61,794 nt of DNA from an uncultured archaeon. Lineage in GTDB: Archaea > Asgardarchaeota > Lokiarchaeia > Sigyniarchaeales > SOKP01. How positions within the stretch are numbered: the first letter of the stretch is position 1; each line of letters begins with the position of its first letter. The notes under the pieces were generated by a model that was not told the DNA's origin, ran no database searches, and saw only the letters and a program-made list of their open reading frames with translations. The translations under genes were made by a program, and so were the position numbers. Shown in pieces: positions 10,425 to 21,034 of the stretch. Location of the stretch: positions 1-61,794 of the forward strand of contig CAZWEM010000023.1 of assembly GCA_964632315.1 (NCBI GenBank). Reading direction: 5' to 3'.

Positions 10425-11759
10425 TTGAATTTGAAAAAGAAAGTAGCAGAAATTCGAGATCTTTTAATGGAACATAATGATTGGTTTGGCAAATCAATAC
10501 CATTAATTGCCTCAGAAAATATTACAAGTCATGCGGTAGATGAAGCTTGTGCTTCAGATTTTAGTCACCGATATGCTGAGGGATGGGCGGGAGAAAGAGT
10601 ATATGCTGGATGTCGCTATATTGATAAGGTCGAGGAAATTTGTATGGAATTGGCTAAAGAATATTTTAAATCCAATTTCGCCGATGTTCGACCTATTTCT
10701 GGAGTTGTTGCCAATCTACAAATGTACAACACGTTTACTTCCGATAATAACGGTAAGATGTGTTGCATGTCAATTATTAGAGGAGGACACATTTCTCATG
10801 GTCCAAGATTTGCTAAAAGTGGTAGAGAGATTTTTGGTACGGCAGGAACCACAAGAGGATTGAATATAGAATATCTTGCATTTGATAACGATGAAATGAA
10901 TTTGGATATTGATGGCTCTGCAAAAATTATCAGAGAATTCGAACCTGAATTGGTTCTTTTTGGTGGATCAGTATTTCTGTTTCCTCATCCCGTTAAAGAA
11001 CTTTCTGAAGTTGCTAAAGAAGTTGGGGCTTCTGTCGGATATGATGGAGCCCATGTTGCTGGTTTAATCGGTTCGGGGTACTTTCAGGATCCTTTGAGAG
11101 AAGGAGCTGATGCTATGACAATGAGTACTCATAAAACTCTTCCAGGCCCTCAGCATGGTACCCTTGTCTCAAATAGGGAAGATTTAATTGAAAGATTTAA
11201 GTCTTCTGCTTTTCCTGCTTTACTTTCAAACCATCATCTACATAATGTAGCAGGATTAGCAATTGCACTAGCAGAAATGCTTGAATTTGGGAAAGATTAT
11301 CATAAACAAGTGATCGAAAATGCAAAAACTCTAGGTCAAGCTCTTAATGAAAGAGGATTGTCAGTTTTGATGGAGCACAAGGGATTTACGGAATCACATC
11401 AAATCCTTGTTGATATTGTGGAACATGAAAAGTCTATTGGACTTGGGGGAGACATTGAAAAATTATTGGAAACTGGTAATATTATTTTAAATAGAAACTT
11501 AATTCCACGCGATTTAGCTGAAAGGAGACATTATCAAAATCCAGGCGGTTTACGTATTGGAACTTCTGAAGTGACTAGACTCGGTATGGGTAAGAGTGAG
11601 ATGCAAGATATTGCAGAATTCATGAAAAATATTATAATTGATAAAAAAGATCCTAAAATTGTAGCAAAAGAAGTTGCAGAATTTAGAAAAGATTTCCGGC
11701 AAATTAAGTATTGTTTTGATTCCAAAAGCAAAGCATATGAATATTTGAAATTCTATTAA
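10425..11759 (+). CDS. glyA: serine hydroxymethyltransferase (archaeal type)
   Basis: LIASEN, YAEG, GGHISHG, YDGAHV, STHKTLPGPQ (PLP Lys) and GLRIGTSEVTR. Confidence 0.97.
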   Translation: MNLKKKVAEIRDLLMEHNDWFGKSIPLIASENITSHAVDEACASDFSHRYAEGWAGERVYAGCRYIDKVEEICMELAKEYFKSNFADVRPISGVVANLQMYNTFTSDNNGKMCCMSIIRGGHISHGPRFAKSGREIFGTAGTTRGLNIEYLAFDNDEMNLDIDGSAKIIREFEPELVLFGGSVFLFPHPVKELSEVAKEVGASVGYDGAHVAGLIGSGYFQDPLREGADAMTMSTHKTLPGPQHGTLVSNREDLIERFKSSAFPALLSNHHLHNVAGLAIALAEMLEFGKDYHKQVIENAKTLGQALNERGLSVLMEHKGFTESHQILVDIVEHEKSIGLGGDIEKLLETGNIILNRNLIPRDLAERRHYQNPGGLRIGTSEVTRLGMGKSEMQDIAEFMKNIIIDKKDPKIVAKEVAEFRKDFRQIKYCFDSKSKAYEYLKFY

Positions 11760-11855
11760 TTTTTTCCTCTATTTTTTTAAAAAGAAACAGAAAAATTTAT
11801 CTAAAATTACATATTCTCATAAATATTCATTTTAAAATTAAAATGATGATATATT

Positions 11856-12695
11856 ATGAGTTCACTTAATCTGGATGTGATCGGGCAAGATGATCATAAA
11901 ATTGTTTTTGTCGTAGAGGGAGTATCAATTGAAATGATAAATGCTTTAAGGCGAATTCTTCTAACAGAAATTCCAGTTATGGCTATTGATGAAGTAATTA
12001 TTCTGAAGAATGATAGCCCTTTATATGATGAGATTATCGCCCACCGATTAGGTTTAATACCTCTCAAGACCGATTTAGAAACGTATAATCTACCCGAAGA
12101 ATGTGAGTGTTCTGGATACGGTTGTCCATTATGTCAAGTCTCATTAACGTGTGAGATTAGTAATGATTCAAACGCTCCGATGGATATCTATTCAGGTGAT
12201 CTGAAATCAAATGATCCAAAAATCATCCCCGTAGACCCTAAAATTCCTATTGTTAAGATCGATAAAAATGACAAGGTAATCATAGAAGCATACGCAATAT
12301 TAGGGACGGCAAAAGATCATGCAAAATGGCAAGCCATTTCAAATGTTGCATATCGGAATTATCCAGTAATTAATTTCAGTGACTCAGATATAGAAGAGAA
12401 AGAAGAGAAAGAACTAATTGTAAAAATGTGTCCAGAATCTTTGTACTTTATAGATAATAAAGGCGTTTTGAAACTTAAAGAAGATTACTGGAAGAGATGC
12501 ACATTGTGCAAATCTTGTGAAAATAACTCTGAAGGAAAGATTAAGGTCTCCGAAAAAGATAATACCTATATATTTACCGTCGAAAGTGATGGAGTTCTCC
12601 CATTTAATGTTTTATTTGAAAAAACATTTGAAATTTTTAATGAAAAAATCGACGAATTTATTACTAAATTAGAAACTCTCAAGATAGAATCTTAA
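11856..12695 (+). CDS. rpoD: DNA-directed RNA polymerase subunit D (Rpo3) with Fe-S domain
   Basis: NALRRILLTEIP, AHRLGLIPL and HAKW; MCP...CTLCKSC ferredoxin-like insert. Confidence 0.96.
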   Translation: MSSLNLDVIGQDDHKIVFVVEGVSIEMINALRRILLTEIPVMAIDEVIILKNDSPLYDEIIAHRLGLIPLKTDLETYNLPEECECSGYGCPLCQVSLTCEISNDSNAPMDIYSGDLKSNDPKIIPVDPKIPIVKIDKNDKVIIEAYAILGTAKDHAKWQAISNVAYRNYPVINFSDSDIEEKEEKELIVKMCPESLYFIDNKGVLKLKEDYWKRCTLCKSCENNSEGKIKVSEKDNTYIFTVESDGVLPFNVLFEKTFEIFNEKIDEFITKLETLKIES

Positions 12696-12772
12696 TCAAT
12701 CGCAAATTTATTAAAATATAACATATTTAAGAGAATATATTTAGAACGCTATATGATACGAGTGAATAGAAG

Positions 12773-13129
12773 ATGAGTCACAAAGTCGCTGGACCAAGCA
12801 ACTATTATTATCGGAAGCTAATTAGAGATCTATGGAAGACTAAACGAAGAATTTGGAAAAAGGTATCAAAGAAAATATCTGGATCAAGAAATAATAGAAT
12901 AGAAGCAAATTTATATCGAATAAATAAAAAAACGGACGAAAATGAGGTTATTATAGTTCCGGGAAAAGTCTTAGGTATTGGGGATCTTAATCATAAAATA
13001 ACAATTGCTTGCTTGGAATGTTCTGAACCGGCACAAGAAAAAATTGAAAAATCGGGTTCCACCTTACTATCAATAGAGGATTTGTTAGAACAGAATCCAG
13101 AAGGAAAAAATGTGAGAATTTTTTATTAG
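12773..13129 (+). CDS. rpl18e: 50S ribosomal protein L18e (eL18)
   Basis: IVPGKVLGIG motif; canonical position after rpoD. Confidence 0.95.
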   Translation: MSHKVAGPSNYYYRKLIRDLWKTKRRIWKKVSKKISGSRNNRIEANLYRINKKTDENEVIIVPGKVLGIGDLNHKITIACLECSEPAQEKIEKSGSTLLSIEDLLEQNPEGKNVRIFY

Positions 13130-13148
13130 AAGATAATGGAGATACAAA

Positions 13149-13619
13149 ATGGAAGATTACCAAATTATTGATGCAACAGACAAGATATTAGGGCGCTTTT
13201 GTAGTCAAATAGCAAAGAGAGCATTATTAGGAGAACATATTGTTATCATTAATGCAAAAGATGCAATAATAAGTGGTGGAAAAGGAAGTACTCATGAAAA
13301 ATATTTAGAACGATTAAATGTTAGTACTGCTACGAACCCAAGACGAGGCCCGTTTTGGTCACGTAGACCAGATACTTTAATGAGACAAACCATAAAAAAA
13401 ATGCTTCCTCGGAAAAAACTACGAGGAAAAGAAGCTTTAAAAAGAGTTCATATATATATTGAAGATATTCCTGAACGATTTAAATATAGATACCAAAAGT
13501 TGACACCTTCTGAAATTCCTCATTCTGATAAAAAACGTCTCTCGTATTATAATAAGTTCATCACTCTTGAAGATTTATGTGTCCGAATTGGATGGAATAA
13601 GAAAGATATTGAAGCATGA
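13149..13619 (+). CDS. rpl13: 50S ribosomal protein L13 (uL13)
   Basis: IIDATDKILGR, RGPF and KKMLP motifs. Confidence 0.96.
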   Translation: MEDYQIIDATDKILGRFCSQIAKRALLGEHIVIINAKDAIISGGKGSTHEKYLERLNVSTATNPRRGPFWSRRPDTLMRQTIKKMLPRKKLRGKEALKRVHIYIEDIPERFKYRYQKLTPSEIPHSDKKRLSYYNKFITLEDLCVRIGWNKKDIEA

Positions 13620-14041
13620 TTATTATGTCAGAAAAGTCTAAACATATTCAGTCTTCTGGTAAAAGGAAAACGGCAATCGCTAGAGCCAGACTCAGATATC
13701 CCGCAAAAGGAGGTGTGAAGATTAACAACATCCCCCTTGAAATTTACGAACCACAATTAGCCCGAATGAGAATTCGAGAAGTTTTGGAAATTGCAAATCA
13801 TCCAAAACTTGAAAAATGTGATATACAAGTGAAAGTAAAAGGAGGGGGAAAAATGAGTCAAACAGATGCTGTTAGAATAGCTTTAGCAAAATCAATTACG
13901 AAATTTTTAGGAACAAAGTCAATAGAAAGACTTTTTCGTAATTATGATGAAGCTTTGCTTTCAGGAGACTCCAGAAGAACAGAGCCAAAACATTTTGGTG
14001 GAAAGAAGGCAAGGGCTCGGCGCCAAAAATCCTTTAGATGA
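13616..14041 (+). CDS. rps9: 30S ribosomal protein S9 (uS9)
   Basis: SGKRKTAIAR, VKGGG and ARARRQKSFR C-terminus. Confidence 0.97.
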   Translation: MIIMSEKSKHIQSSGKRKTAIARARLRYPAKGGVKINNIPLEIYEPQLARMRIREVLEIANHPKLEKCDIQVKVKGGGKMSQTDAVRIALAKSITKFLGTKSIERLFRNYDEALLSGDSRRTEPKHFGGKKARARRQKSFR

Positions 14042-14042
14042 A

Positions 14043-15371
14043 CTAAAATTCTTTAATTTTAATACTTGCTCCTAATTCTAATAGATCAGTTATAAATCCA
14101 GGATAAGAATCATTTATTATTTCTACTTGTTTTATTTCGGAATATGACTTTGCAAATAGAGCAGCAATGATAAGGGCCATAGCAATTCGATGATCGTTGT
14201 CGTGTTCAATTTTAATTCCGTTTATATTGGCACAGTGGTGTACGATTAACTCATCATTTTTCTCTTCAACTTTAATTCCCATCTTAGACATCTCTCTTGC
14301 CATTACCTCAATCCTGTCACTTTCCTTGTATCTTAGATTTGAAGCATTATATAACCTCGTAGATCCTTTAGAAAAAGCACCTATGATAGCTAAAATTGGA
14401 AATAAATCGGGGATCTCTCTAACATCTATTTCAATCCCCGTTAGAGGATGTTTATGGATGTTCCCATGTATCAAGAGTGAGTGTGATTTTGTAAATTCTT
14501 CAATTTTAGCACCCATATGTCTTAAAATGGCGATAAAATCTTGATCTCCTTGAGGTTTTAAAAAATCTATATTATTGATTTTTATTACTGAATCTAATGG
14601 AGAGAGCACTGCTAATGCAATGATGAATGAAATTGAAGAAAAATCCCCTGGTATTTGATATTCTACTGCTGAATATTGTTGATTTAAAGGAATGCAATAA
14701 TTAAATAGTTTATTCTCTATCTCATTTTCATACACTTTAATCCCAAACGCCTTTAATACATCTAAACTAATTTTAATATAGGGATATGAGACTATAGGAG
14801 TAGTCACTTCAATGTTGATCTCTCTTTCCTTTGTAGATTTAATTAAGGGACAAATAAAAAGTAGAGAAGAGATAAATTGAGAGCTAATATTACCCGGAAT
14901 TTTTATCGGTTTACAAATAAATTTCTCCCTGTTAATTATTAATGATTGATCAGAGAGTTCAAAGCTTATACCTAACGGTTCGAGAGATTTTAAAAAAGGT
15001 GCAATTGGTCTTTTTTTTTGAAAAAATTCTCCTCTTAATTGTAAAATCCCGTCATATATTAAAGAAAATGCTGTAAAGAATCGTATTGTTGTACCCGAAT
15101 TTTTACAATTTAAAATCTTCTTATTTTTATTTTGAAGAACTACACTTTTATCAATTAGATACTCATTTGCATCAATCTTTTTTAAATGAGCTCCCAAAGA
15201 TACTAGAACATCAATAGTAACCTTTACATCTCCCTCATCAATCGGATTCAGAATATGTGAAACCCCACTTGAAAGACTTCCAGCGATAAATGCTCGATGT
15301 GAATAACTTTTTGAACCTGGCGCAGTAATTTCACCACAGAATTGACTCGTGGGATAAATTTGCAATCTCAT
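14043..15371 (-). CDS. aroA: 3-phosphoshikimate 1-carboxyvinyltransferase (EPSP synthase)
   Basis: PGSKSYSHR, NSGTTIRF, SSQFISSL, LRYKESDR and DHRIAMA. Confidence 0.96.
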   Translation of the reverse strand: MRLQIYPTSQFCGEITAPGSKSYSHRAFIAGSLSSGVSHILNPIDEGDVKVTIDVLVSLGAHLKKIDANEYLIDKSVVLQNKNKKILNCKNSGTTIRFFTAFSLIYDGILQLRGEFFQKKRPIAPFLKSLEPLGISFELSDQSLIINREKFICKPIKIPGNISSQFISSLLFICPLIKSTKEREINIEVTTPIVSYPYIKISLDVLKAFGIKVYENEIENKLFNYCIPLNQQYSAVEYQIPGDFSSISFIIALAVLSPLDSVIKINNIDFLKPQGDQDFIAILRHMGAKIEEFTKSHSLLIHGNIHKHPLTGIEIDVREIPDLFPILAIIGAFSKGSTRLYNASNLRYKESDRIEVMAREMSKMGIKVEEKNDELIVHHCANINGIKIEHDNDHRIAMALIIAALFAKSYSEIKQVEIINDSYPGFITDLLELGASIKIKEF

Positions 15372-15459
15372 TTTAAATTAACCTTTCTTAACAACTATTA
15401 ATTTTCATAAAAGATTAAAGTAATTATATTAATTTTCATTTTAATCTGGTGAAGTCAAT

Positions 15460-16569
15460 TTGTGTTCGAACACTTTTGGAAGGATTTTTAAGATAACTAG
15501 TTTTGGAGAAAGCCATGGGATAGTTATTGGAGTGATTATTGATGGGGTTCCAGCTGGGTTCCCTATCAAAGAGATTGAGATTCAAAAAGATCTCGATAGA
15601 AGAAAACCGGGTTTTTCAAATCTAACCTCATCCAGAAAGGAAGCTGATAAAGTAAAAATTTTGTCAGGTATCTTAAATGGAAGAGCAACTGGAGCGCCTA
15701 TATGTTTAATGATAGAAAATCAAGATCAAATTTCTTCTGATTATGAAAAAATAAAAAATTTTTTAAGACCATCTCACGCAGATTATTCAGCTTTAAAGAA
15801 GTATGGAGGTTTTGCTGACCAACGAGGTTCTGGAAGATTCTCGGGAAGAATAACTGCTAGTTTTGTAATGGCTGGAGCCATCGCAAGGCAATTACTTTTA
15901 AATTATGGGATTAAAATATTTGCATATACCAAAAGAATTGGAGAAGTTGAGGATCCAAACGATTATTCAAATCAAAAAATTGACTCACTTAATCAAATTA
16001 GAGCAAAATCAGAAATTAAAAGCGTTAACCAAGAGATTTCTAATCTGATGGTGAAATCAATTGAATCTGTAAAAGTTCAAAAGGATTCGATAGGAGGAAT
16101 AGTTACTTGTATTGTTAAAGGAGTGCCTCCAGGTATTGGAGATCCGATTTTTAATAGTTTAGAATCTATTTTAAGTAAAGCAATTTTTTCGATACCTGCT
16201 GTTAGGGGTATTGAATTTGGAGCAGGATTTAAAGCCGCAACCATGAAAGGGTCTGAACACAATGATCCTTGGATAATCATGAATAATGAGATAAAAACTT
16301 CAAAAAATGATTCTGGAGGTATAATTGGAGGAATTTCAATAGGTATGCCGGTTGTTTTTAATGTAGTTTTCAAACCACCATCTAGTATTGGGATTTCTCA
16401 AAAATCCATAAATTATGATAAGATGGAACCTGAGATTTTTCAAATAAAGGGAAGGCATGACCCATGCATCATCCCAAGAGCAGTTAGCGTTGTAGAGGCA
16501 ATGACAGCGATAGTTTTAACTGATTTCTTGATGGTTGATGGCCTAATTCCGCAGATATTTCATAATTAA
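15460..16569 (+). CDS. aroC: chorismate synthase
   Basis: FGESHG, RPSHAD, GRFSGR, GGIIGGIS, KPPSSI and GRHDPCI. Confidence 0.97.
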   Translation: MCSNTFGRIFKITSFGESHGIVIGVIIDGVPAGFPIKEIEIQKDLDRRKPGFSNLTSSRKEADKVKILSGILNGRATGAPICLMIENQDQISSDYEKIKNFLRPSHADYSALKKYGGFADQRGSGRFSGRITASFVMAGAIARQLLLNYGIKIFAYTKRIGEVEDPNDYSNQKIDSLNQIRAKSEIKSVNQEISNLMVKSIESVKVQKDSIGGIVTCIVKGVPPGIGDPIFNSLESILSKAIFSIPAVRGIEFGAGFKAATMKGSEHNDPWIIMNNEIKTSKNDSGGIIGGISIGMPVVFNVVFKPPSSIGISQKSINYDKMEPEIFQIKGRHDPCIIPRAVSVVEAMTAIVLTDFLMVDGLIPQIFHN

Positions 16570-16583
16570 GAGAGTTTTTTATC

Positions 16584-18020
16584 ATGAAAAGAATAATTAA
16601 AGCCATATTAGTTGGAGCAGGTAATAGAGGGATGACCGTCTATGGCCAATATGCATTGAATTTTAAGGATAAGTTAAAATTTATAGCGGTCGCAGAACCT
16701 ATAAAGACGAGAAGAATAAAATTCGCGTCAATCCATAATATTTCGTCTGATATGTGTTTTGAAAGTTGGGAACAAATATTAAATAAAGAAAAATTAGCTG
16801 ACGTTGCGTTTATATGTACTCAAGATCAAATGCATGTTGAACCTACTGTTAAAGCTCTTGAAAAAGGATACGATGTACTACTTGAAAAACCAATGGCTCA
16901 TAACCTTGAAGGATGCATTAAAATTATTAAAAAAGTTGAGGAAACAGGAAGAATTCTAGGTATTGCTCACGTCCTACGCTATACTGACTTCTTCTCAACA
17001 ATTTATAATGTGATTAATGAAGGGTTGCTTGGAAAAGTTGTAAACATTAGTCATAGGGAAAATGTTAGCTGGTATCATATGGCACATAGTTTTGTACGTG
17101 GTAATTGGAGAAATTCAGAGGATTCTTCCCCGATGATACTCGCTAAATGTTGTCATGATTTAGATTTATTATATTGGATGGTGGGAGAAAAACCAGAAAA
17201 AATCAGTTCCTTTGGAGGATTAATGCATTTTCGAAAAGCGAATATGCCAGAAGGAGCTCCAAAATATTGTGTAGAGGGATGTCCAATAGAAAAATCTTGT
17301 CTTTATTATGCACCACGAATATATATTGATATTGAACCAATTGTGCAAATTTTAAAATATAGCAATAATCATTTTCTTAAATTTGTAGCAAATTTAAGGA
17401 AGAACCATAAAAAAACTCTAAAATTCCTATCCTCATTGATCCCAGCACTTAAAAGGTTAATCTTCTGGAAAGAATGGCCTGTTGAACCGATATTCTCAGG
17501 ACAACCAGAAGAGAGGGAGGGTGATTATTCAGAACAGGCAAAATATCAAATACTTAGTAGAAGTAAATATGGTAAATGCGTGTATAAATGTGATAACGAT
17601 GTTGTTGATCATCAAGTTGTCAACATTGAGTTTGAAAATGGAGTGACTGCTAATTTGATAATGCATGGATTTAGTGAAAGAGAAGGTAGAACCCTAAGAA
17701 TTGATGGAACGAGAGCAACTTTAATTGGTAAGTTTAGAGATTCCGCTCAAAAAATTACTCTCTATGATCATTTTACAGGTTTAAGTAAAATAATTTTTAC
17801 TCAAGAATTGACGATGGATGCTTCAGGTCATGGTGGGGGGGATTTTTTACTTATAGATGCATTCATAGAAACATTATTAGATCCATCAGTAAAAGAACCT
17901 CTCACAAATGCCCGAGAGACTTTAGAAAGTCACTTAATGGCATTTGCAGCTGAAGGTTCTCGTCTAGGTCAAAAGATCATAAATATGAAAGATTTTAGAA
18001 AGAAATCAGATGATTCATAA
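16584..18020 (+). CDS. Gfo/Idh/MocA family oxidoreductase
   Basis: VGAGNRG, LLEKPMA, HSFVRGNW, AKCCHDLD and GHGGGD. Confidence 0.92.
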   Translation: MKRIIKAILVGAGNRGMTVYGQYALNFKDKLKFIAVAEPIKTRRIKFASIHNISSDMCFESWEQILNKEKLADVAFICTQDQMHVEPTVKALEKGYDVLLEKPMAHNLEGCIKIIKKVEETGRILGIAHVLRYTDFFSTIYNVINEGLLGKVVNISHRENVSWYHMAHSFVRGNWRNSEDSSPMILAKCCHDLDLLYWMVGEKPEKISSFGGLMHFRKANMPEGAPKYCVEGCPIEKSCLYYAPRIYIDIEPIVQILKYSNNHFLKFVANLRKNHKKTLKFLSSLIPALKRLIFWKEWPVEPIFSGQPEEREGDYSEQAKYQILSRSKYGKCVYKCDNDVVDHQVVNIEFENGVTANLIMHGFSEREGRTLRIDGTRATLIGKFRDSAQKITLYDHFTGLSKIIFTQELTMDASGHGGGDFLLIDAFIETLLDPSVKEPLTNARETLESHLMAFAAEGSRLGQKIINMKDFRKKSDDS

Positions 18021-18094
18021 CCAATTTAATTTGATAAGTTTTAATATCTAAATCATCATTTATAGTATTATATCGTGAAAAAAATGAGTACATA

Positions 18095-18334
18095 ATGGAC
18101 AGAAAAATTGATACCTCTAAAGATTTTCTTGCTTTTTATAAGAAAAAAGGAGATTATCTTGTCGAACTATCAGAAAACCATTTTAAAAATAAGGAATTTC
18201 AAAAAACTTTAGAGTTACTAAATCAAGCCTATTCTATGTATATCAAATGTAATGCCATTGATGATGCAGAAAGTACTAAAAAGAGGTATTTAGAAGTAAA
18301 AAAAAATTATTTGAACAAAGAAAACTCACAATAA
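18095..18334 (+). CDS. small TPR-like helical protein
   Basis: Helical hairpin pattern (SENHFKNKEFQKTLELLNQAYSMY). Confidence 0.55.
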   Translation: MDRKIDTSKDFLAFYKKKGDYLVELSENHFKNKEFQKTLELLNQAYSMYIKCNAIDDAESTKKRYLEVKKNYLNKENSQ

Positions 18335-18344
18335 ACTGATTTAA

Positions 18345-18869
18345 ATGGAAATTGGAGAATTAATGAAAAAAGCCACTATTTTTCATGGCCATATTTGTCC
18401 AGGAATAGCTATTGGTGTTTTAGTTGCAAAATATGCCTTGGATCATGGTTTTGAGCATTCTCCCGATGAAGAGCTCGTTGCTGTTGTTGAAAATAGCAAT
18501 TGTAGTGTAGATGCCCTTCAAGCAATATTATCTACTACATACGGAAAAGGAAATTTGATTCACCGGGATTATGGAAAAAATAATTATACTATTTATAGTA
18601 GAAGGAAACAAGAAGCATTTAGAATGTCTTTGAAAAAAAATGCTATTGACAAAAACCTATCTAGAGATCAAAGAGTTAAAGCATTATTGGCATCGAAACC
18701 TGAAGATATTTTTAAAATACACAAAGTGGAATATGATCCTCCCCCCATGGCCCAAATAGAGGAATCTATTCCATGTGAGATGTGTGATGAATTGACAATG
18801 AGTTCTAGAATCATGGAATATCAAGGAAAAAAAGTGTGTATCTCTTGCTATAAGGAAATTAGAAAATAA
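18345..18869 (+). CDS. FmdE family protein with C-terminal zinc finger
   Basis: FHGHICPGIAIG, CSVDALQ and TYGKGNL; CEMC...CISC. Confidence 0.92.
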   Translation: MEIGELMKKATIFHGHICPGIAIGVLVAKYALDHGFEHSPDEELVAVVENSNCSVDALQAILSTTYGKGNLIHRDYGKNNYTIYSRRKQEAFRMSLKKNAIDKNLSRDQRVKALLASKPEDIFKIHKVEYDPPPMAQIEESIPCEMCDELTMSSRIMEYQGKKVCISCYKEIRK

Positions 18870-18881
18870 ATACTGAGAATC

Positions 18882-19643
18882 TTGATTTCTGAAAAAATTT
18901 CCGGTGCTGGACCTTTTTATTATAAAGGGAATAAGTTAGGTGTGTTATTACTACATGGGGGAGGGGGAGGAACAGCGGTTGACTTAAAACCAATCGCTGA
19001 AGATCTATATAAAAAAAGTGGTTTTACTATAAAAGTTCCATTACTCCCAGGTTATGGAACTTCCCCAACCAATTTGAGTAAAATTCAAATTTCTGATTGG
19101 TTAAATGCAGTGTTGAGGGAATTTGAATCCCTAAAAGATACTTGTGATCAAGTGATTGTTGGGGGTCATTCTATGGGAGGAGTTTTAGCATTTTTATTGG
19201 CGAGTGAGAGTATGGTTGATGGATTATTTTCTATTTCCACTCCAATCGCGATAAAAGGATTTTTACCAAAACTTGTTCCTATTTTAAATCTTCTTATAAA
19301 ATACCATTCCATTGATTCCGATAAGCTAAGAGAGGAGACTAATTACGAGTGGATAGGATATGATGAAATACCGTTGAACATAGTTCCTAAAATTAGAAAA
19401 TTAATCAAAATTATGAAAAGAAAATTAGGCAAGATTAAGTGTCCAGTTATTTTGTTTCAAGGGAAATTAGATGATCAAATTAAAGAAAATAGTATGGAAT
19501 ATATCTTTGAACACGTTAGTTCAAAAATCAAATATAAAATTTGGCTACAAAATAATCAGCATTCCATTCTAAAATGTCCAGATCATAATATAATTATTAG
19601 AGAGTTAAATGAATTTATTATCAAAAACATTTGGAACCATTAA
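18882..19643 (+). CDS. alpha/beta hydrolase (carboxylesterase Est30/YvaK-like)
   Basis: LLHG, LPGYG, GHSMGG nucleophile elbow, QGKLDD and late His. Confidence 0.9.
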   Translation: MISEKISGAGPFYYKGNKLGVLLLHGGGGGTAVDLKPIAEDLYKKSGFTIKVPLLPGYGTSPTNLSKIQISDWLNAVLREFESLKDTCDQVIVGGHSMGGVLAFLLASESMVDGLFSISTPIAIKGFLPKLVPILNLLIKYHSIDSDKLREETNYEWIGYDEIPLNIVPKIRKLIKIMKRKLGKIKCPVILFQGKLDDQIKENSMEYIFEHVSSKIKYKIWLQNNQHSILKCPDHNIIIRELNEFIIKNIWNH

Positions 19644-19790
19644 AAATAAAAACGTAAATAATATACATGGAATTAACATATAATGAGGAAAGTAAAGTAT
19701 ATTTCCTTTATTTAATAAGTATAAAATGTTGATACATCGTAAATTATGAAAAACACAATATTGATTATAGAACTAGATAAATGAGCAGTC

Positions 19791-20996
19791 ATGATAAAAG
19801 AAGTTGAAGTAGGTAATACATTATTAGTAAAGGGCCCTACACGAGTAATTTTAAAGGAAGGAAAAGTTGAGGTTTTTGGAAAAATCTTAAAACCCCAAAA
19901 AGATGAGGAAAGTAATACATTAATCGTGCCAAGTGCAAATGTCTTTCCATTATATTCATTAGAAGATACCAAGGTTGAAATCTATACAAGTAATGAGGAA
20001 AACCTTCATATCGTTGAAGAGAAAACGATTAGTGAAGAATGGGAAAAAATCAAGGATAAAGTAATAGAACAAATTCGTAAAAATGGAGAAGGTTTTCCTT
20101 TAAAGATCATGGTGTTAGGAATTAGCAGCGGTAAATCAACTCTAATAAAATATTTAGCAAATAATATTTTTCGAGAAGGTCTAAAAGCAGGTTACCTTGA
20201 TTCTGATTTAGGTCAACAAACCATGTATTTACCCACCACTTTAAATATTGGAGAATTGAAAGATTACATCATTACAAATGAGACTATAGAACCTGAAGGT
20301 ACTATTTTTATTGGAAGTACCTTCCCAAAATCAAATTTCAAGTTTATTGTTGCACATTCTTGTAATAAATTGATAGAGAATTATGTCAAAAATCATAAAG
20401 AAGTCAATGCTATATTAATAGATAGTGATGGTTGGATAAAAACAGAAGCAGGCATCATATATAAGAATTTTTTCATTGATGTCGTTGATCCAGATATTTT
20501 AATTATATTTTATGATGATTCAATCGAAGAGTTAAAAAGTATCGAAGAGCATGCATCTAAATCCAAAAAAAGGAAGATCTATGTTATAAAGGAGCATAAT
20601 AAATATTTCTATGAAAAAGATAAGGATGAGCGCAGATTTTTGCGACAGAGCCAATTTGCCAAAATCTTAGAAAATTTTAGGAAGATATCAATTCCACTAG
20701 ATGGTATTAAATTTGTTAAAAATGAATATGACAAGGAAGCTAATAAAATTGTGGAAAAGGAAATAGATGTAAGAGATTTAGTGAATTTACCTTATCATTA
20801 TGTTATTATATCTTTACTAACTAAGGATTCTAAGTTAATCAAGATAGGGTTACTATTTGTTATCAATTTAGAAAAGAATTATGTCTTACTTTACTCTGAT
20901 TTGAATTTTAAGGAGCAAATAAAAGTAAAGAAAATTCTTCTTGGTAGTTTACGGTTAAGTACAAAAGGGAATCATCAAGGTTATTTGTACCTATAA
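19791..20996 (+). CDS. Clp1/Grc3/Nol9 family polynucleotide 5'-hydroxyl kinase
   Basis: N-terminal beta domain (LLVKGP...GKVEVFG), GISSGKST, DSDLGQ, DSDGW and C-terminal RRFLR. Confidence 0.85.
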   Translation: MIKEVEVGNTLLVKGPTRVILKEGKVEVFGKILKPQKDEESNTLIVPSANVFPLYSLEDTKVEIYTSNEENLHIVEEKTISEEWEKIKDKVIEQIRKNGEGFPLKIMVLGISSGKSTLIKYLANNIFREGLKAGYLDSDLGQQTMYLPTTLNIGELKDYIITNETIEPEGTIFIGSTFPKSNFKFIVAHSCNKLIENYVKNHKEVNAILIDSDGWIKTEAGIIYKNFFIDVVDPDILIIFYDDSIEELKSIEEHASKSKKRKIYVIKEHNKYFYEKDKDERRFLRQSQFAKILENFRKISIPLDGIKFVKNEYDKEANKIVEKEIDVRDLVNLPYHYVIISLLTKDSKLIKIGLLFVINLEKNYVLLYSDLNFKEQIKVKKILLGSLRLSTKGNHQGYLYL

Positions 20997-21034
20997 CTAA
21001 TTTAATTTTTTATTTACAATTGAAGTAATTTAGG

